Positions 48,964-58,763 of a stretch of DNA of 64,000 nt are shown here, one piece after another. This DNA is from Candidatus Algichlamydia australiensis. Lineage in GTDB: Bacteria > Chlamydiota > Chlamydiia > Chlamydiales > JAJFMI01. A program made the translations under genes and the position numbers. Location of the stretch: positions 32,001 to 96,000 of the forward strand of contig JAXCHI010000002.1 in NCBI GenBank assembly GCA_033977065.1, read 5' to 3'. Position 1 is the first letter of the stretch; each line of letters begins with the position of its first letter. The notes under the pieces are model-generated. The model did not search any database. It was not told the DNA's origin and worked only from the letters and a program-made list of their open reading frames with translations.

Positions 48964-49125
48964 ATAGCGTCGTCAAAAGGCTATAATCAGATTATTTTTC
49001 ATGTTTGCAGCTTATTTTTGTGCGGAAATTGAAGCTGAATTTGTAAATTCCGCTTCATTTGAGCACAAAAATGGAGCCCAAACATGAAAAATAAGATGGT
49101 TGTATGCTTTTGACGACGCTATCTA
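48961..49125. mobile_element. 165-bp foldback MITE-like element, copy 1
   Basis: 19-bp perfect termini tagatagcgtcgtcaaaag/cttttgacgacgctatcta; whole element is an imperfect palindrome; inverted near-identical copy at 63701. Confidence 0.85.
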
Positions 49126-52100
49126 GTCCAATTTTTTGACTTTGTGACCCGAAAGTTTTGGCTCCATAATAAGCGGGTCGACGGTGAGAAGTGGTAGGAC
49201 GTCGACGATCGAAGGCGACCAGGAGAGGCCTTTGCGGTAGACCGCTTTTGCTGCAATGTAGGCAGCGATCATTGCTTTTTTGTGCACATCAGGGATCTCT
49301 TTGAGAATGCGGTCAGGGAAATCTTTACGCAGGAAAGGTGGGCAGGAGTGGAAGAGGCATTGGATGAGGGGATCCTCTGGGTTTTCAGGTAGATGAACGC
49401 TCTCTAAGTAGTCTAAAATTTGGTAGGTGTAGGCGTTGATGCGTTCAGAGACTTCTTCTGAGAGATCTGTAAAGTATTTACCTGTCTCAGCATTTGCGCG
49501 GATGAGAAGCTGCGCTTCGCTGCGCGCTTTGTCTGCAATGAGAGTGAGGATTTCCGGCATAAAGCTCTCTTTCAGTTTTAGAAATTCTTCATCGGAAAGG
49601 GTCAGGCCGAGCAGGACTTCAAATGAGGAGCAGATCACGCCTCCTTTGTTTGCAGAGCTATCTTTGACAATCATCACACCTTTGTCTTCAAGTTTGCGGC
49701 GCGCTTCTTGTGTGATATAGAGGTTAGCGCCTTCAACGATCGCTCGTGAGGTGGGATTGCCCGATTCATCGAGAAAGTCGGTCCAATTTTGATTATTTAG
49801 TGTGCGGGGGCGGCCACCAGCAGGAATGAAGATATCCGCTTTGACTTGGTGCACATTGTGCCGCAAAAGGTGATTCATATCGTTACCAGAGAGCCAGTCT
49901 TCTTCCAGTTTTTTCCCTTTCATGCGATAGCAGAGCGTCTGCTGGGTATAGGCAGTCTGTTCGCGTTTTGTGAAGGCGTCAAGAAGAAATCCGCCGTCGT
50001 GAAGGAGCTTAGCAGGGTAGTGGCGAATCGATTTTCCTTCGTGAAAGAGCTTACTCATCTCATCTAAGTTGAGTCCTTCTGGGTCAAAGATGGTGCCGGA
50101 GACATCGATGAGAGCGACAAGCTTTGCGGTTTTCGGAAAATCTCTATAGAGATTCAAAATCTGATTTCCTGCAACGTCTCCATCGGGCCCGCCAGAAATT
50201 TTTACAGTGAAAGAGTCTTTTGTTGGATCGATATCGAGATGTTTGAGGGTCTCAATCATGTAGACGTTTACCCCGAGCGAGGTGACTCCAAACTCTTTGT
50301 GGTTGATTCCCACATCGGGTTTTGAGGAGATGAAGGCTTTTCCTGGCTTGTATTCAGCTGATACAGCATAGTCAGCGATCCACTCAATCATCTCATTGTG
50401 CATATTTTCATCAGGACCAAGATAGATGTATTCGGGACGCTTGTAGTAGTCGACAATATGCTTCGCTTTGAGAAGACCGTTCTCTTCGCAGTTGACTAAG
50501 GTTACAAAGCTGTGCACGTAGGAGCGCTGCGACTGGTAAAGATATTGAATCTTTTGTTCCTCTTCATACGTGGCAACTTTTTTTTCGATCTCTTCGCTTG
50601 GGACGCCTCCAAATCGAAGCTCTTTTTCGTAAATTTTTCCTTCTGCCTGTAAAACATCATAGGGCTCTAAGAAAATGACCCCTTTAGAGCCCCCTTCAGG
50701 AATATCTTTGTTTTTTTTCTGCTGTGTATAGGCGAGGTTGTAACACTCAGAAAAGACAGTATTTCTTTCTGCTTCCATCTGTTCCATTTTGCGTGGAAAG
50801 ACGGTGCGCAGCCCTCCGCGAGAGAGGTCTTTGAATCGAATATGGAAGCCGATAAAATGCATGCCTTTAAAGAAAAAAATGGCAAAAGGAAGTTCAGGAA
50901 ATCGTTCTTGGCGGTCGTAGGGGAGCGCATCAAGATAGTGAGGGTCAAGACGGAAAGAGAGGCTGCTCTTATTATTTCGGTAAAAGTTGTTTTTTAACGT
51001 GTACTCTATGAAGGTATGGCCAAGAGTTAAAATATTCTTTCGGCGAGTGTCATTGATCTCATTTCCTGTATCAAGATCTTCAACAAGTTGCAAAAACTCT
51101 TTGGATTTTTTCTTATACTCCTCCGGACTGTTTTTATCCGGATGAAACTTGAGTTTAAAGAGTTCGGCGAGCATTGCAGTTAACTCAGGGTGACGACAGA
51201 GTCCCTCTTCTATATTTTCCCGGTCGTAGAGATTGGGATCGGCATAGGTGAGTGCTTGGTGAATAAAATCGAGCATTGCGCGAATTAAATTGGCATAGTT
51301 TCCCGATGCAAGCTTGGTATCAACTAGGACATTTTCAATCGTATCTTGTGTGTCGAAATACTTGAGCGTAACAAGTTCACGTAAAAAGACATTGAGATCA
51401 GTCGCTTCCCAGGCGGCTTTGCCATCAATACCATCAAAACCAATTGACATGATTAGAATATTTTTTTTGCTCCACGGGTCGATGTAGGTCGCATTAACGC
51501 GTTTCATCACAAGATTGTGGCGATAGACCATCTTCGCAAGACGGTACAAAAATCTATGTTTGGGCGCGTTGCGCCACGCAAGAACAATCTGAAGAGAGGG
51601 AGCGCCGGTCTCCTTCCAATCTTCGTTTTTCTTTATCTCATACTGGCAGTGATCGCGCGATTTAGCGCGCAGAAACATCTCGAGGGCGGTGATGAGACGA
51701 TCTTCGTTCATCGAGCGTACAAAGCGCGCATTCATATTTTCTAGCAAATGCTCAAAGAGGTCGCGCTGCATCTCTGGATTTTTTTTCTGAATCTTGCCAA
51801 AGAGCTCATCACAGCTTTCTTTTGATAAAATCTCATGGACTTGTTCACCACTCTCTTGATACTCAGTGAAGTAGATCACGCCAACGCGTAACTTTTGTGT
51901 GATTCCCTCAAATGGTGGAGGCACATCAGAAATAAAAGCTTGATAATTCTTTATGCCATACATGTTGTAGTGGCGCAGAATCTTGATATCTGCATCTGGG
52001 GCATCAAGGCACATGACAATCGCGCAATGCTGTAGGCGAAACTGAGAAAAGTGGTCTTGCAGGGGGAAGCCCATCATGTTGTGGGCGACCATCATGGCGT

Positions 52101-52248
52101 GTAGAGGCTCGATTTCCTCAAAAAAAGCGGGAGGCATGTGCTTTTCCAGCCAGTGGAAGTAGTCTTCGAAGAGCTCGCTCTCCTTCTTGACCGCTCCTTC
52201 GACCTCTTGTTCGGTTAGTTTTTTATGCTTTCTTTTCTTCCAAATCAT
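49123..52248 (-). CDS. Large NAD-specific glutamate dehydrogenase
   Basis: RGGLR, KNKDIPEGGSKG, LGPDEN, HKEFGVTSLGV, GGPDGDVAGN, PAGGRP, EGANL, DSSANKGGVICSS. Confidence 0.88.
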   Translation of the reverse strand: MIWKKRKHKKLTEQEVEGAVKKESELFEDYFHWLEKHMPPAFFEEIEPLHAMMVAHNMMGFPLQDHFSQFRLQHCAIVMCLDAPDADIKILRHYNMYGIKNYQAFISDVPPPFEGITQKLRVGVIYFTEYQESGEQVHEILSKESCDELFGKIQKKNPEMQRDLFEHLLENMNARFVRSMNEDRLITALEMFLRAKSRDHCQYEIKKNEDWKETGAPSLQIVLAWRNAPKHRFLYRLAKMVYRHNLVMKRVNATYIDPWSKKNILIMSIGFDGIDGKAAWEATDLNVFLRELVTLKYFDTQDTIENVLVDTKLASGNYANLIRAMLDFIHQALTYADPNLYDRENIEEGLCRHPELTAMLAELFKLKFHPDKNSPEEYKKKSKEFLQLVEDLDTGNEINDTRRKNILTLGHTFIEYTLKNNFYRNNKSSLSFRLDPHYLDALPYDRQERFPELPFAIFFFKGMHFIGFHIRFKDLSRGGLRTVFPRKMEQMEAERNTVFSECYNLAYTQQKKNKDIPEGGSKGVIFLEPYDVLQAEGKIYEKELRFGGVPSEEIEKKVATYEEEQKIQYLYQSQRSYVHSFVTLVNCEENGLLKAKHIVDYYKRPEYIYLGPDENMHNEMIEWIADYAVSAEYKPGKAFISSKPDVGINHKEFGVTSLGVNVYMIETLKHLDIDPTKDSFTVKISGGPDGDVAGNQILNLYRDFPKTAKLVALIDVSGTIFDPEGLNLDEMSKLFHEGKSIRHYPAKLLHDGGFLLDAFTKREQTAYTQQTLCYRMKGKKLEEDWLSGNDMNHLLRHNVHQVKADIFIPAGGRPRTLNNQNWTDFLDESGNPTSRAIVEGANLYITQEARRKLEDKGVMIVKDSSANKGGVICSSFEVLLGLTLSDEEFLKLKESFMPEILTLIADKARSEAQLLIRANAETGKYFTDLSEEVSERINAYTYQILDYLESVHLPENPEDPLIQCLFHSCPPFLRKDFPDRILKEIPDVHKKAMIAAYIAAKAVYRKGLSWSPSIVDVLPLLTVDPLIMEPKLSGHKVKKLD

Positions 52249-52340
52249 AATTAAATCTAATTAGACGTGTCTCTAACTATTATAATATTATTAAACGTGA
52301 TTAGATATGATCGGAATAATTTTCCTAGTGATTAGTTTAG

Positions 52341-52459
52341 TTCGTCTCGATCTCGCTTTGCCAAATCGCTCTTCAGCCGTCGTGCCGTATTACCTATGCT
52401 GTCACACCGGCTGAATTGCGATTTTGCTTTGCGACATGAACCCGTGACGACGCTATCTA
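52341..52459 (+). repeat. Structured foldback element, copy B, ending in the MITE terminal sequence
   Basis: Homologous to 22377-22476; 52445-52459 tgacgacgctatcta equals the right end of the 165-bp element. Confidence 0.75.
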
Positions 52460-52508
52460 GCTTTTTTATGAAAAAGGTTTTAAACTTCTGTTTTTTAGGA
52501 GAAAGTTT

Positions 52509-53312
52509 ATGTTCGAGAGAGTTGTTGTTTTTTCTGTTTTTGCGTTCAGTGCTCTGTTTTCTAATAGAACTGCTACAGTTGAGGAGGTATTTGAAAGTGA
52601 TCCTTTCATTGGGTCGTATGAGGAGGCGGAAGCGGCAAGAGAATGGGAGAACCGCGCTTTTTTAGCAACCTATCCACGTTCTGGCAATCACTGGATGCGC
52701 TATCTCGTTGAAGAAGCAACAGGAATTGCAACGAGTTCAGTTTATTGTGATCCTGACCCGCAGCATATGGAAAAAGTATTTCCTTGGGGAGGGTACTGTC
52801 TCGATCATGGTTATGAGGGAAATCCAAGATATCCGATGGAAGGCGAAATGGTTTTTTTAAAAACGCATTTTCCGGTCTCTCATATCTCTTTTTTTGATGC
52901 TCTTCCTTATAAAAAAACGGTTCGCATTACTCGCCACCCAGTAGATAGTTTTTACTCTCTTTATCTTTGGATTCAGGATTTTAACAAAGAGTCGGCGGAG
53001 TTTATGATACCGAGGGAAGCGTTAGAAAAATATGTAGGTCAGTGGCGACGTTTTCAGGAGTATTGGGATGAAGCAGAAAACGTGCTGACTATTCGGTATG
53101 AAGATCTTCTTGAAAATCCCAAAGCGAATTTAGAAAATATTCTTAACTATCTTGGCTACCAAGTGAGTAAAGAAGATATTCAACGAGCAGTAAAGAAATA
53201 TCCTCCAACTGGAAAACCACTTAAACATCTTGTGCATTTTACTGAAGATGATCTAGAATTCATCTACGAAAACTTAGATGACTTGATGGAAAAGCATCAA
53301 TACAAAAATTGA
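52509..53312 (+). CDS. PAPS-dependent sulfotransferase family protein with signal peptide
   Basis: ATYPRSGNHW (5'-PSB loop), KTH, RHPVDSFYS (3'-PB), RYEDL. Confidence 0.85.
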   Translation: MFERVVVFSVFAFSALFSNRTATVEEVFESDPFIGSYEEAEAAREWENRAFLATYPRSGNHWMRYLVEEATGIATSSVYCDPDPQHMEKVFPWGGYCLDHGYEGNPRYPMEGEMVFLKTHFPVSHISFFDALPYKKTVRITRHPVDSFYSLYLWIQDFNKESAEFMIPREALEKYVGQWRRFQEYWDEAENVLTIRYEDLLENPKANLENILNYLGYQVSKEDIQRAVKKYPPTGKPLKHLVHFTEDDLEFIYENLDDLMEKHQYKN

Positions 53313-53638
53313 TCCCAGAAACAAGGTTCAACGAAAAGAGAATGGAGGGAGGTTTCTTCGAGAAAAAATGCTAGACGATTCTCTTTCTCGTAAATAGCAG
53401 TTGTGCCAAGTAGGGTTTTACAGGAAGGGCAGAGTAGTGTTTTGGGGTAGTCTTTTTTTTTCTGAAGATTCATGAAGCTTTTAGGCGCATGAATTCGATC
53501 AAAGTAACAGCGTAGAAGAGGGCCTGGTCCATCTTTTTGGTAGAGAAGAACAATCTCATTGCAACGTGTGCATGAGAGGGCAAGCATGGCAGGTTCACCT
53601 CGTTTTTTTGTAAATTCGTTAATTATAAATTTCATCAA
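53297..53638 (-). CDS. Small zinc-ribbon hypothetical protein
   Basis: CTRC, YQKDGPGPLLRCYFDRI, CPSC; overlaps the ATPase stop. Confidence 0.65.
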   Translation of the reverse strand: MMKFIINEFTKKRGEPAMLALSCTRCNEIVLLYQKDGPGPLLRCYFDRIHAPKSFMNLQKKKDYPKTLLCPSCKTLLGTTAIYEKENRLAFFLEETSLHSLFVEPCFWDQFLY

Positions 53639-55548
53639 CTCCTTTTGAGTAGACGGAGGCTGTTGAGGCCGACGATGATGGTACCGCCTTCATGAAGGAG
53701 CACGGCCATCCAGAGGGGAACAAGGCCGAGTAGAGCGGGTGTTGTGGCAAGGGCAATAACGCCAAGAGCGAGGACGAGATTTTGGCGGACGATGCTCATG
53801 GTTTTTTTTGCTTTTTTGGTGAGCCAGGAGAGGGAAGAGAGGTCATCGTTTAAGATGACGATGTCAGAGGCTTCGATGGCAGTGTCTGAACCGATAGTAC
53901 CAAGTGAGATGCCGACGTGGGCACGAGCAAGGGCTGGCGCGTCGTTAATGCCATCGCCGACCATTGCAAGCGGTGATTGATCGGAGATTTCTGCGATAAG
54001 ACGCAGTTTATCATCGGGGCGCAGGTTCGCTTTGTAGTTTTGGATGCCGGTGAGGTGGGCGATATTTTTCGCGCTCTCTTCATGATCGCCGGTAAACATG
54101 TAGAGCTCATATTTAGAGAGATTTTGGAGGGCTGTTGCGGTCGATTCGCGCAGCTCATCTTCAAAGTGGAAGGTGTAGATTTGGTTGCCAAGAAGGAGAA
54201 GGGTGACCATTTTTCCCTGGCTTTCAAACTCTGGGCTCTTGCCAAGGAGCGATTCGATAAAAGCAGCGTGACCGATCGCAACGCGCTTGCCCTCAACTTC
54301 TCCCATAAGACCGTAGCCCGCTTTTGATTCAAATTGGGTCAATTTGGGAAGGGCGAGGTTTTCCTCTTTGGCTTTTGTGATGATGGCGTCGGCGATTGGG
54401 TGGTGCGCGTGGCTCTCGAGTGCGGCGGCAATGCTAAGTGCGTCTGGGGAGTGAGGAGTAATTTGAATCAGTTTGAGTTTTCCGGTGGTAAGTGTGCCGG
54501 TTTTATCAAAAGCGATACGCTTGCATTCGGAGAGGGCATCAAGTGTGACGCCGCCTTTGAGAAGGATACCGCGGCGCGCGCAGGCACTCATGCTAGCCAG
54601 ATAAGCGGTGGGGGTTGCGATGATGAGGGCGCAGGGTGAGGCGGCGATGAGGAAAGCGAGGGCGCGATAGAGGGCGCCTTCAGGGCCTAAGAAGGCAAGG
54701 CCAAAGAGAGGAAGGATAAAAGCAAAAAAGGCGGAGATACCAATGATCGAGGTGGCGTAGACGCGGCCAAAGCGATCGAAGAAGCGCTGCAGGCGCGGTT
54801 TGCTCTCTTGCGCCTCTTCCATGAGTTTTACGATGCGTGAGAGCGTAGATTCGCTTGAACTTTTTGCTACTTCAACAGTGAGGCTCCCATCTAAATTTTT
54901 ACTTCCCGCTTGCACCATATCTTCGCTTTTTTTTGGGATGGGAAGGCTCTCTCCTGTGAGGTGGACGAGATTAAGGAAGGAGGAACCAGAGAGGACTTTG
55001 CCGTCAAGGGGGACTGTTTCGCCTGCTTTGATCAGGATTTTTTCGCCAGGTGAGATTTCACGAACGGCTTTTTCAAAATGGGTGCCATCATCAGAGATGA
55101 CGGTGGCAAAGTGGGGGGTGAGTTCATTAAGTTTGTGCAGGGCTCCTTTTGCTTTTGCGGAGACAGCGTGTTCCATAGAGTGTGAAAGGGAAAAGAGAAC
55201 AAGAAGCAGAGCGCCTTCCATTTGCGAGCCAATAAAAAAGGAGAGAAGGGCAGCTAGGGTCATCAGAACGTCAATATTAATTTCAAGCGAGCGTAAATCT
55301 TTGATTGTGTGAATGAGAGCTGGAGTACCAGCTAAAAAGTAGACGATACAGAGGCTAATTGCTGAGAGGTCTCTTTGGAAGAAGGAGAGGATAAAAGAGA
55401 GGGCTAAAAAAAAGGCAGATGCTAAAGAGCTTTTTAAATCGAGATTTTTAGCGACCTTGCGCGAGCGCGGTTTTAAAAAAGGACTAATGCTTTCTGCTTT
55501 TCCTGAGGCGAAGTACTCATCAAAGAGAAAGGGGGAAGTTTTGCTCAT
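53635..55548 (-). CDS. zntA: Heavy-metal P1B-type ATPase (P1B-4-like)
   Basis: LTGES, SPC, FDKTGTLT, HP, GDGINDAPALA, HEGGT. Confidence 0.9.
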   Translation of the reverse strand: MSKTSPFLFDEYFASGKAESISPFLKPRSRKVAKNLDLKSSLASAFFLALSFILSFFQRDLSAISLCIVYFLAGTPALIHTIKDLRSLEINIDVLMTLAALLSFFIGSQMEGALLLVLFSLSHSMEHAVSAKAKGALHKLNELTPHFATVISDDGTHFEKAVREISPGEKILIKAGETVPLDGKVLSGSSFLNLVHLTGESLPIPKKSEDMVQAGSKNLDGSLTVEVAKSSSESTLSRIVKLMEEAQESKPRLQRFFDRFGRVYATSIIGISAFFAFILPLFGLAFLGPEGALYRALAFLIAASPCALIIATPTAYLASMSACARRGILLKGGVTLDALSECKRIAFDKTGTLTTGKLKLIQITPHSPDALSIAAALESHAHHPIADAIITKAKEENLALPKLTQFESKAGYGLMGEVEGKRVAIGHAAFIESLLGKSPEFESQGKMVTLLLLGNQIYTFHFEDELRESTATALQNLSKYELYMFTGDHEESAKNIAHLTGIQNYKANLRPDDKLRLIAEISDQSPLAMVGDGINDAPALARAHVGISLGTIGSDTAIEASDIVILNDDLSSLSWLTKKAKKTMSIVRQNLVLALGVIALATTPALLGLVPLWMAVLLHEGGTIIVGLNSLRLLKRS

Positions 55549-56279
55549 GCTCCTCCTGCAAATAGGTGGGTGACAAAGTAAGCAACGCCATATGTGAGAG
55601 CAATTAAACTTAGATTCCAGACGGTTGAGGGAATCACTTCGTTTTTACGGCGGCGTGCCATGAGCGCTGAGCTTGCTGCAACAATCAAAAAAGAGGCGAT
55701 GGGAAGTCCATAGGGGAGAAAGAGCGCACCAAGGGCGATACCGCCTGCAAGTAAGATTCCCAGCCCAGCACCAAGCGCTTGTATCAATGGATGATCAAAC
55801 GATTCAAAAGTAAGGCCGAGCTCTTCTTCGAGCATAATCGCAAGAAGACGGTTGTCATCTGCCATCAAAACGTCGATCACTTTTTTTAACAGATCTCCTT
55901 TTAATCCTTTGGCAGCGTACATCTCAGTGAGCTCTTCACGCTCCTGTTCGCGGTGGTGCTCAATTTCAAAGCGCTCCTCCTCAATCAAGCGGTGCAGGCG
56001 GTCAAGGCGTGAGTAAGCGAGTAGCCCGCTTCGGCCTATTTTCCACACAAGGAGTGCAAGGATAAAAAGAGGAAAAAAATAGGGAGGAATTCCTCCGAGC
56101 TGCGGGAGTATAGCAGAAAATAGTAGGAGGTAGACTGCGGTCTCTTTTGCGCTATCACAAAAAGCAACAAAGCTGCCTGGCGCTTCTGTACCGTGAATTT
56201 CAGCAGAGGCGTGAGCGCCTTTAAGGCGGGCTGCTTTTAAATGCTCTGCTGCACTTTTCCCTTCAAAGTGGTTACACAT
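55545..56279 (-). CDS. VIT1/CCC1-family metal transporter-like protein (CT728-like)
   Basis: EQEREELTEMYAAKGL...MLEEELG cytosolic domain between TM segments. Confidence 0.8.
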   Translation of the reverse strand: MCNHFEGKSAAEHLKAARLKGAHASAEIHGTEAPGSFVAFCDSAKETAVYLLLFSAILPQLGGIPPYFFPLFILALLVWKIGRSGLLAYSRLDRLHRLIEEERFEIEHHREQEREELTEMYAAKGLKGDLLKKVIDVLMADDNRLLAIMLEEELGLTFESFDHPLIQALGAGLGILLAGGIALGALFLPYGLPIASFLIVAASSALMARRRKNEVIPSTVWNLSLIALTYGVAYFVTHLFAGGA

Positions 56280-57546
56280 GAATTTCTGAGATGCCTCCAA
56301 GGTAGGGTTGCAGAGCTTTTGGTATGGCAATGGAACCATCTTCACGCTGGTTATTTTCAAGTAGAGCTACAAACAATCGCGCAGTCGCAACTCCTGAGCC
56401 GTTGAGCGTGTGCACAAGTTGCGGTTTTTCTCCTTTTTCACGGAAACGCGTTTTAGAGCGTCGCGCTTGGAAATCACGGCAGTTAGAAACAGAGGAGACT
56501 TCGTAGTAGCGATCTTGACCGGGGAGGAAGACTTCGACATCGACCGTACGTGAGGCAGGAAAGGACATGTCACCTGTGACGAGCAGCATGCTGCGATAAT
56601 GGAGCTCTAACCCTTCTAAAATTTCTTCCGCGCTGCGTACCATCTTTTCAAACATCGCATCGCTCTCTTCTGGTTTTGTAAAGCAGTACATCTCTACTTT
56701 ATTGAATTGGTGGACGCGGATTAAGCCGCGCTCGGTGCTGCCAGCAGCACCTGCTTCGCGACGAAAACAGGGAGTATAGGTAGTGTAACGTTTAGGGAGT
56801 TCTTCTGCATCTAAAATTTCATCGAGGTGAAGGCCGTTGAGGGGGACCTCACCAGTAGGGATAAGCATTAAGGGGTAGTCTGGATCTTCTAGCTTAAAAA
56901 GCTGCTCTTCGAATTTGGGAAGTTGTCCGGCGCCCATCATTGCATCGCGTTTGACAAGGTAGGGAGTGAGGATAAATTCAAATCCATTTTTAATATGTGT
57001 CTCAATCATGTAATTGAGCAGTGCAAGCTCAAGACGCGCTCCGAGGTCGCGATAGACGGGCCAGCCGCTGCCACTGATTTTGGCACCTCTTTTGAAATCG
57101 AGTAGATGATGCTTTTCAGCGAGTTCCAGATGATTTTTTGGCATAAAGGAAAAATTTTTCTTTTCGCCGTGAGTCTTGATACAGACGTTATCAGCCGGAT
57201 CTAAAGAAATTTTTACATCAGGATCGGGCAAATTAGGCAAACGAGCGAGAGAGTCTTGCAGCTGCTCTTCAACACTTCGCATCTCGTGCTCAAGTTTTTG
57301 AATTTCATCTCCAAGACCACCTACTTCCTTCATAATCGCGCTCGTATCTTCTCCAGCGCGCTTTTTTTCGCCAATCATCTTGGAGGTTTTTTTTAGCTGT
57401 GAGCGCATCTCTTCGACTTGCAAAAGAAGATTGCGGTGCTGCTCATCTAGCTTTAAGATAGGAGTTAAAGAAATTTCTTTTTCTTTCGTTCTCAGTCGCT
57501 TTTCGATCTCTTCAGGGTGTTCACGAATTTCTTTAATGTTGAGCAT
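56272..57546 (-). CDS. serS: Seryl-tRNA synthetase
   Basis: N-terminal coiled coil, LIPTGEVPL, CFRREAG, GLIRVHQFNKVE, EVSSVSNC.DFQARR, HTLNGSG. Confidence 0.97.
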   Translation of the reverse strand: MLNIKEIREHPEEIEKRLRTKEKEISLTPILKLDEQHRNLLLQVEEMRSQLKKTSKMIGEKKRAGEDTSAIMKEVGGLGDEIQKLEHEMRSVEEQLQDSLARLPNLPDPDVKISLDPADNVCIKTHGEKKNFSFMPKNHLELAEKHHLLDFKRGAKISGSGWPVYRDLGARLELALLNYMIETHIKNGFEFILTPYLVKRDAMMGAGQLPKFEEQLFKLEDPDYPLMLIPTGEVPLNGLHLDEILDAEELPKRYTTYTPCFRREAGAAGSTERGLIRVHQFNKVEMYCFTKPEESDAMFEKMVRSAEEILEGLELHYRSMLLVTGDMSFPASRTVDVEVFLPGQDRYYEVSSVSNCRDFQARRSKTRFREKGEKPQLVHTLNGSGVATARLFVALLENNQREDGSIAIPKALQPYLGGISEIHV

Positions 57547-57668
57547 ATTTGCCAGCCTTTTCGTCTAATCATAGTACAGGAAGAGGAAAATTGGGAGTCA
57601 AAAATTTTTTACCTTGTAAAAAGGGGAAAAATATGGTATAAGTAGAGTACTTAACTGACAAAATTTTC

Positions 57669-58763
57669 ATGAATAAAGCAAAATCTTTACCTCAGGCAAA
57701 ATCTCCTTTAATTCTTCGATTTCATCGATTTATGGATGCATTTTCAAAATCCGATGATGAGCGCGATTTCTATCTCGATCGACTAGAGGGTTTTTTGCTC
57801 TATATCGACCTCGACAAATCGGAAGAGGAGCTTGCTGCTTGCGATAAAGAGCTAAAAGAGCAGGGCGATCGCTTTGTTATGCTTCCTAAGATGACGTTTT
57901 TCGAAACAAAAAAGTTTATGGAAGGATTTGTTCAGGAAAAAGTGTACGATATCGATGTTAAGGAAAAGCTTCTCGATATTATTTCCGGGAAAGAGGCGCG
58001 AGAAAATTTTCTAGAATTTATTTACGATCATGTCACGGAGATCGAACGTTGGCAGCAGTACTATCATGAACGCTCACGCATTCGCATTATTGAGTGGTTG
58101 CGTACCATCGACTTTCAATTTGTTTTTGAAGAGGATTTAGAGCTACCTAAATTAGTTGTACGCCAACTTAAAGAGCAGCTTTTCCAAGGGAAAGTCTCTA
58201 AAGAGCTAGATTCAGCCCGCCAAACCATTGAGACAAAATCAAAAGTCTACTACTCCAACGAAGCTCTCAATCCAAGACCCAAGAGAGGTCGCCCTCCAAA
58301 ACAGCAGCAGAAAGTTGAACTTGAACCGCAACTCTCAGAAGATCTCTACATGCAGGTCCCATCAACAATGCGACCTTTCCTCTTTATGCCAGACTTTAGC
58401 AGTTCAACAGTGACTTTCTCAGCGAAATTTGATACTGAAGCGCAGTTTCTTGCCTCACTTAAAGGAACGACAACAAAAGTTGATACGCGTCTTGAGGCCC
58501 TCTCTCAACGTTTGGAATCTCTACGCCACCTCTCTGCAAAAATTAAAGGAGTACCAGAACTTGGAGGAGAAGAAGATAAAATCATCCAAGCTATTGCTCC
58601 TGAAGGAGGAGGAGATGCTCTTTCTGGCATTGCCAAAGGATTATTTCCTAAAAAGCGTAGCGCACCACCAAAAGAAGCAAAAGAGATTGGTGAATACCTT
58701 GCTAAAAAACGCCAAGCAAAAATTAAAAAGGTCTCCCAGATTACGAAGAAAAAGAAACAATGA
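57669..58763 (+). CDS. UPF0158-family chlamydial protein (CT429-like)
   Basis: MDAFSKSDDERDFYLDR.EGF, NEALNPRPKRGRPPKQ. Confidence 0.8.
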   Translation: MNKAKSLPQAKSPLILRFHRFMDAFSKSDDERDFYLDRLEGFLLYIDLDKSEEELAACDKELKEQGDRFVMLPKMTFFETKKFMEGFVQEKVYDIDVKEKLLDIISGKEARENFLEFIYDHVTEIERWQQYYHERSRIRIIEWLRTIDFQFVFEEDLELPKLVVRQLKEQLFQGKVSKELDSARQTIETKSKVYYSNEALNPRPKRGRPPKQQQKVELEPQLSEDLYMQVPSTMRPFLFMPDFSSSTVTFSAKFDTEAQFLASLKGTTTKVDTRLEALSQRLESLRHLSAKIKGVPELGGEEDKIIQAIAPEGGGDALSGIAKGLFPKKRSAPPKEAKEIGEYLAKKRQAKIKKVSQITKKKKQ

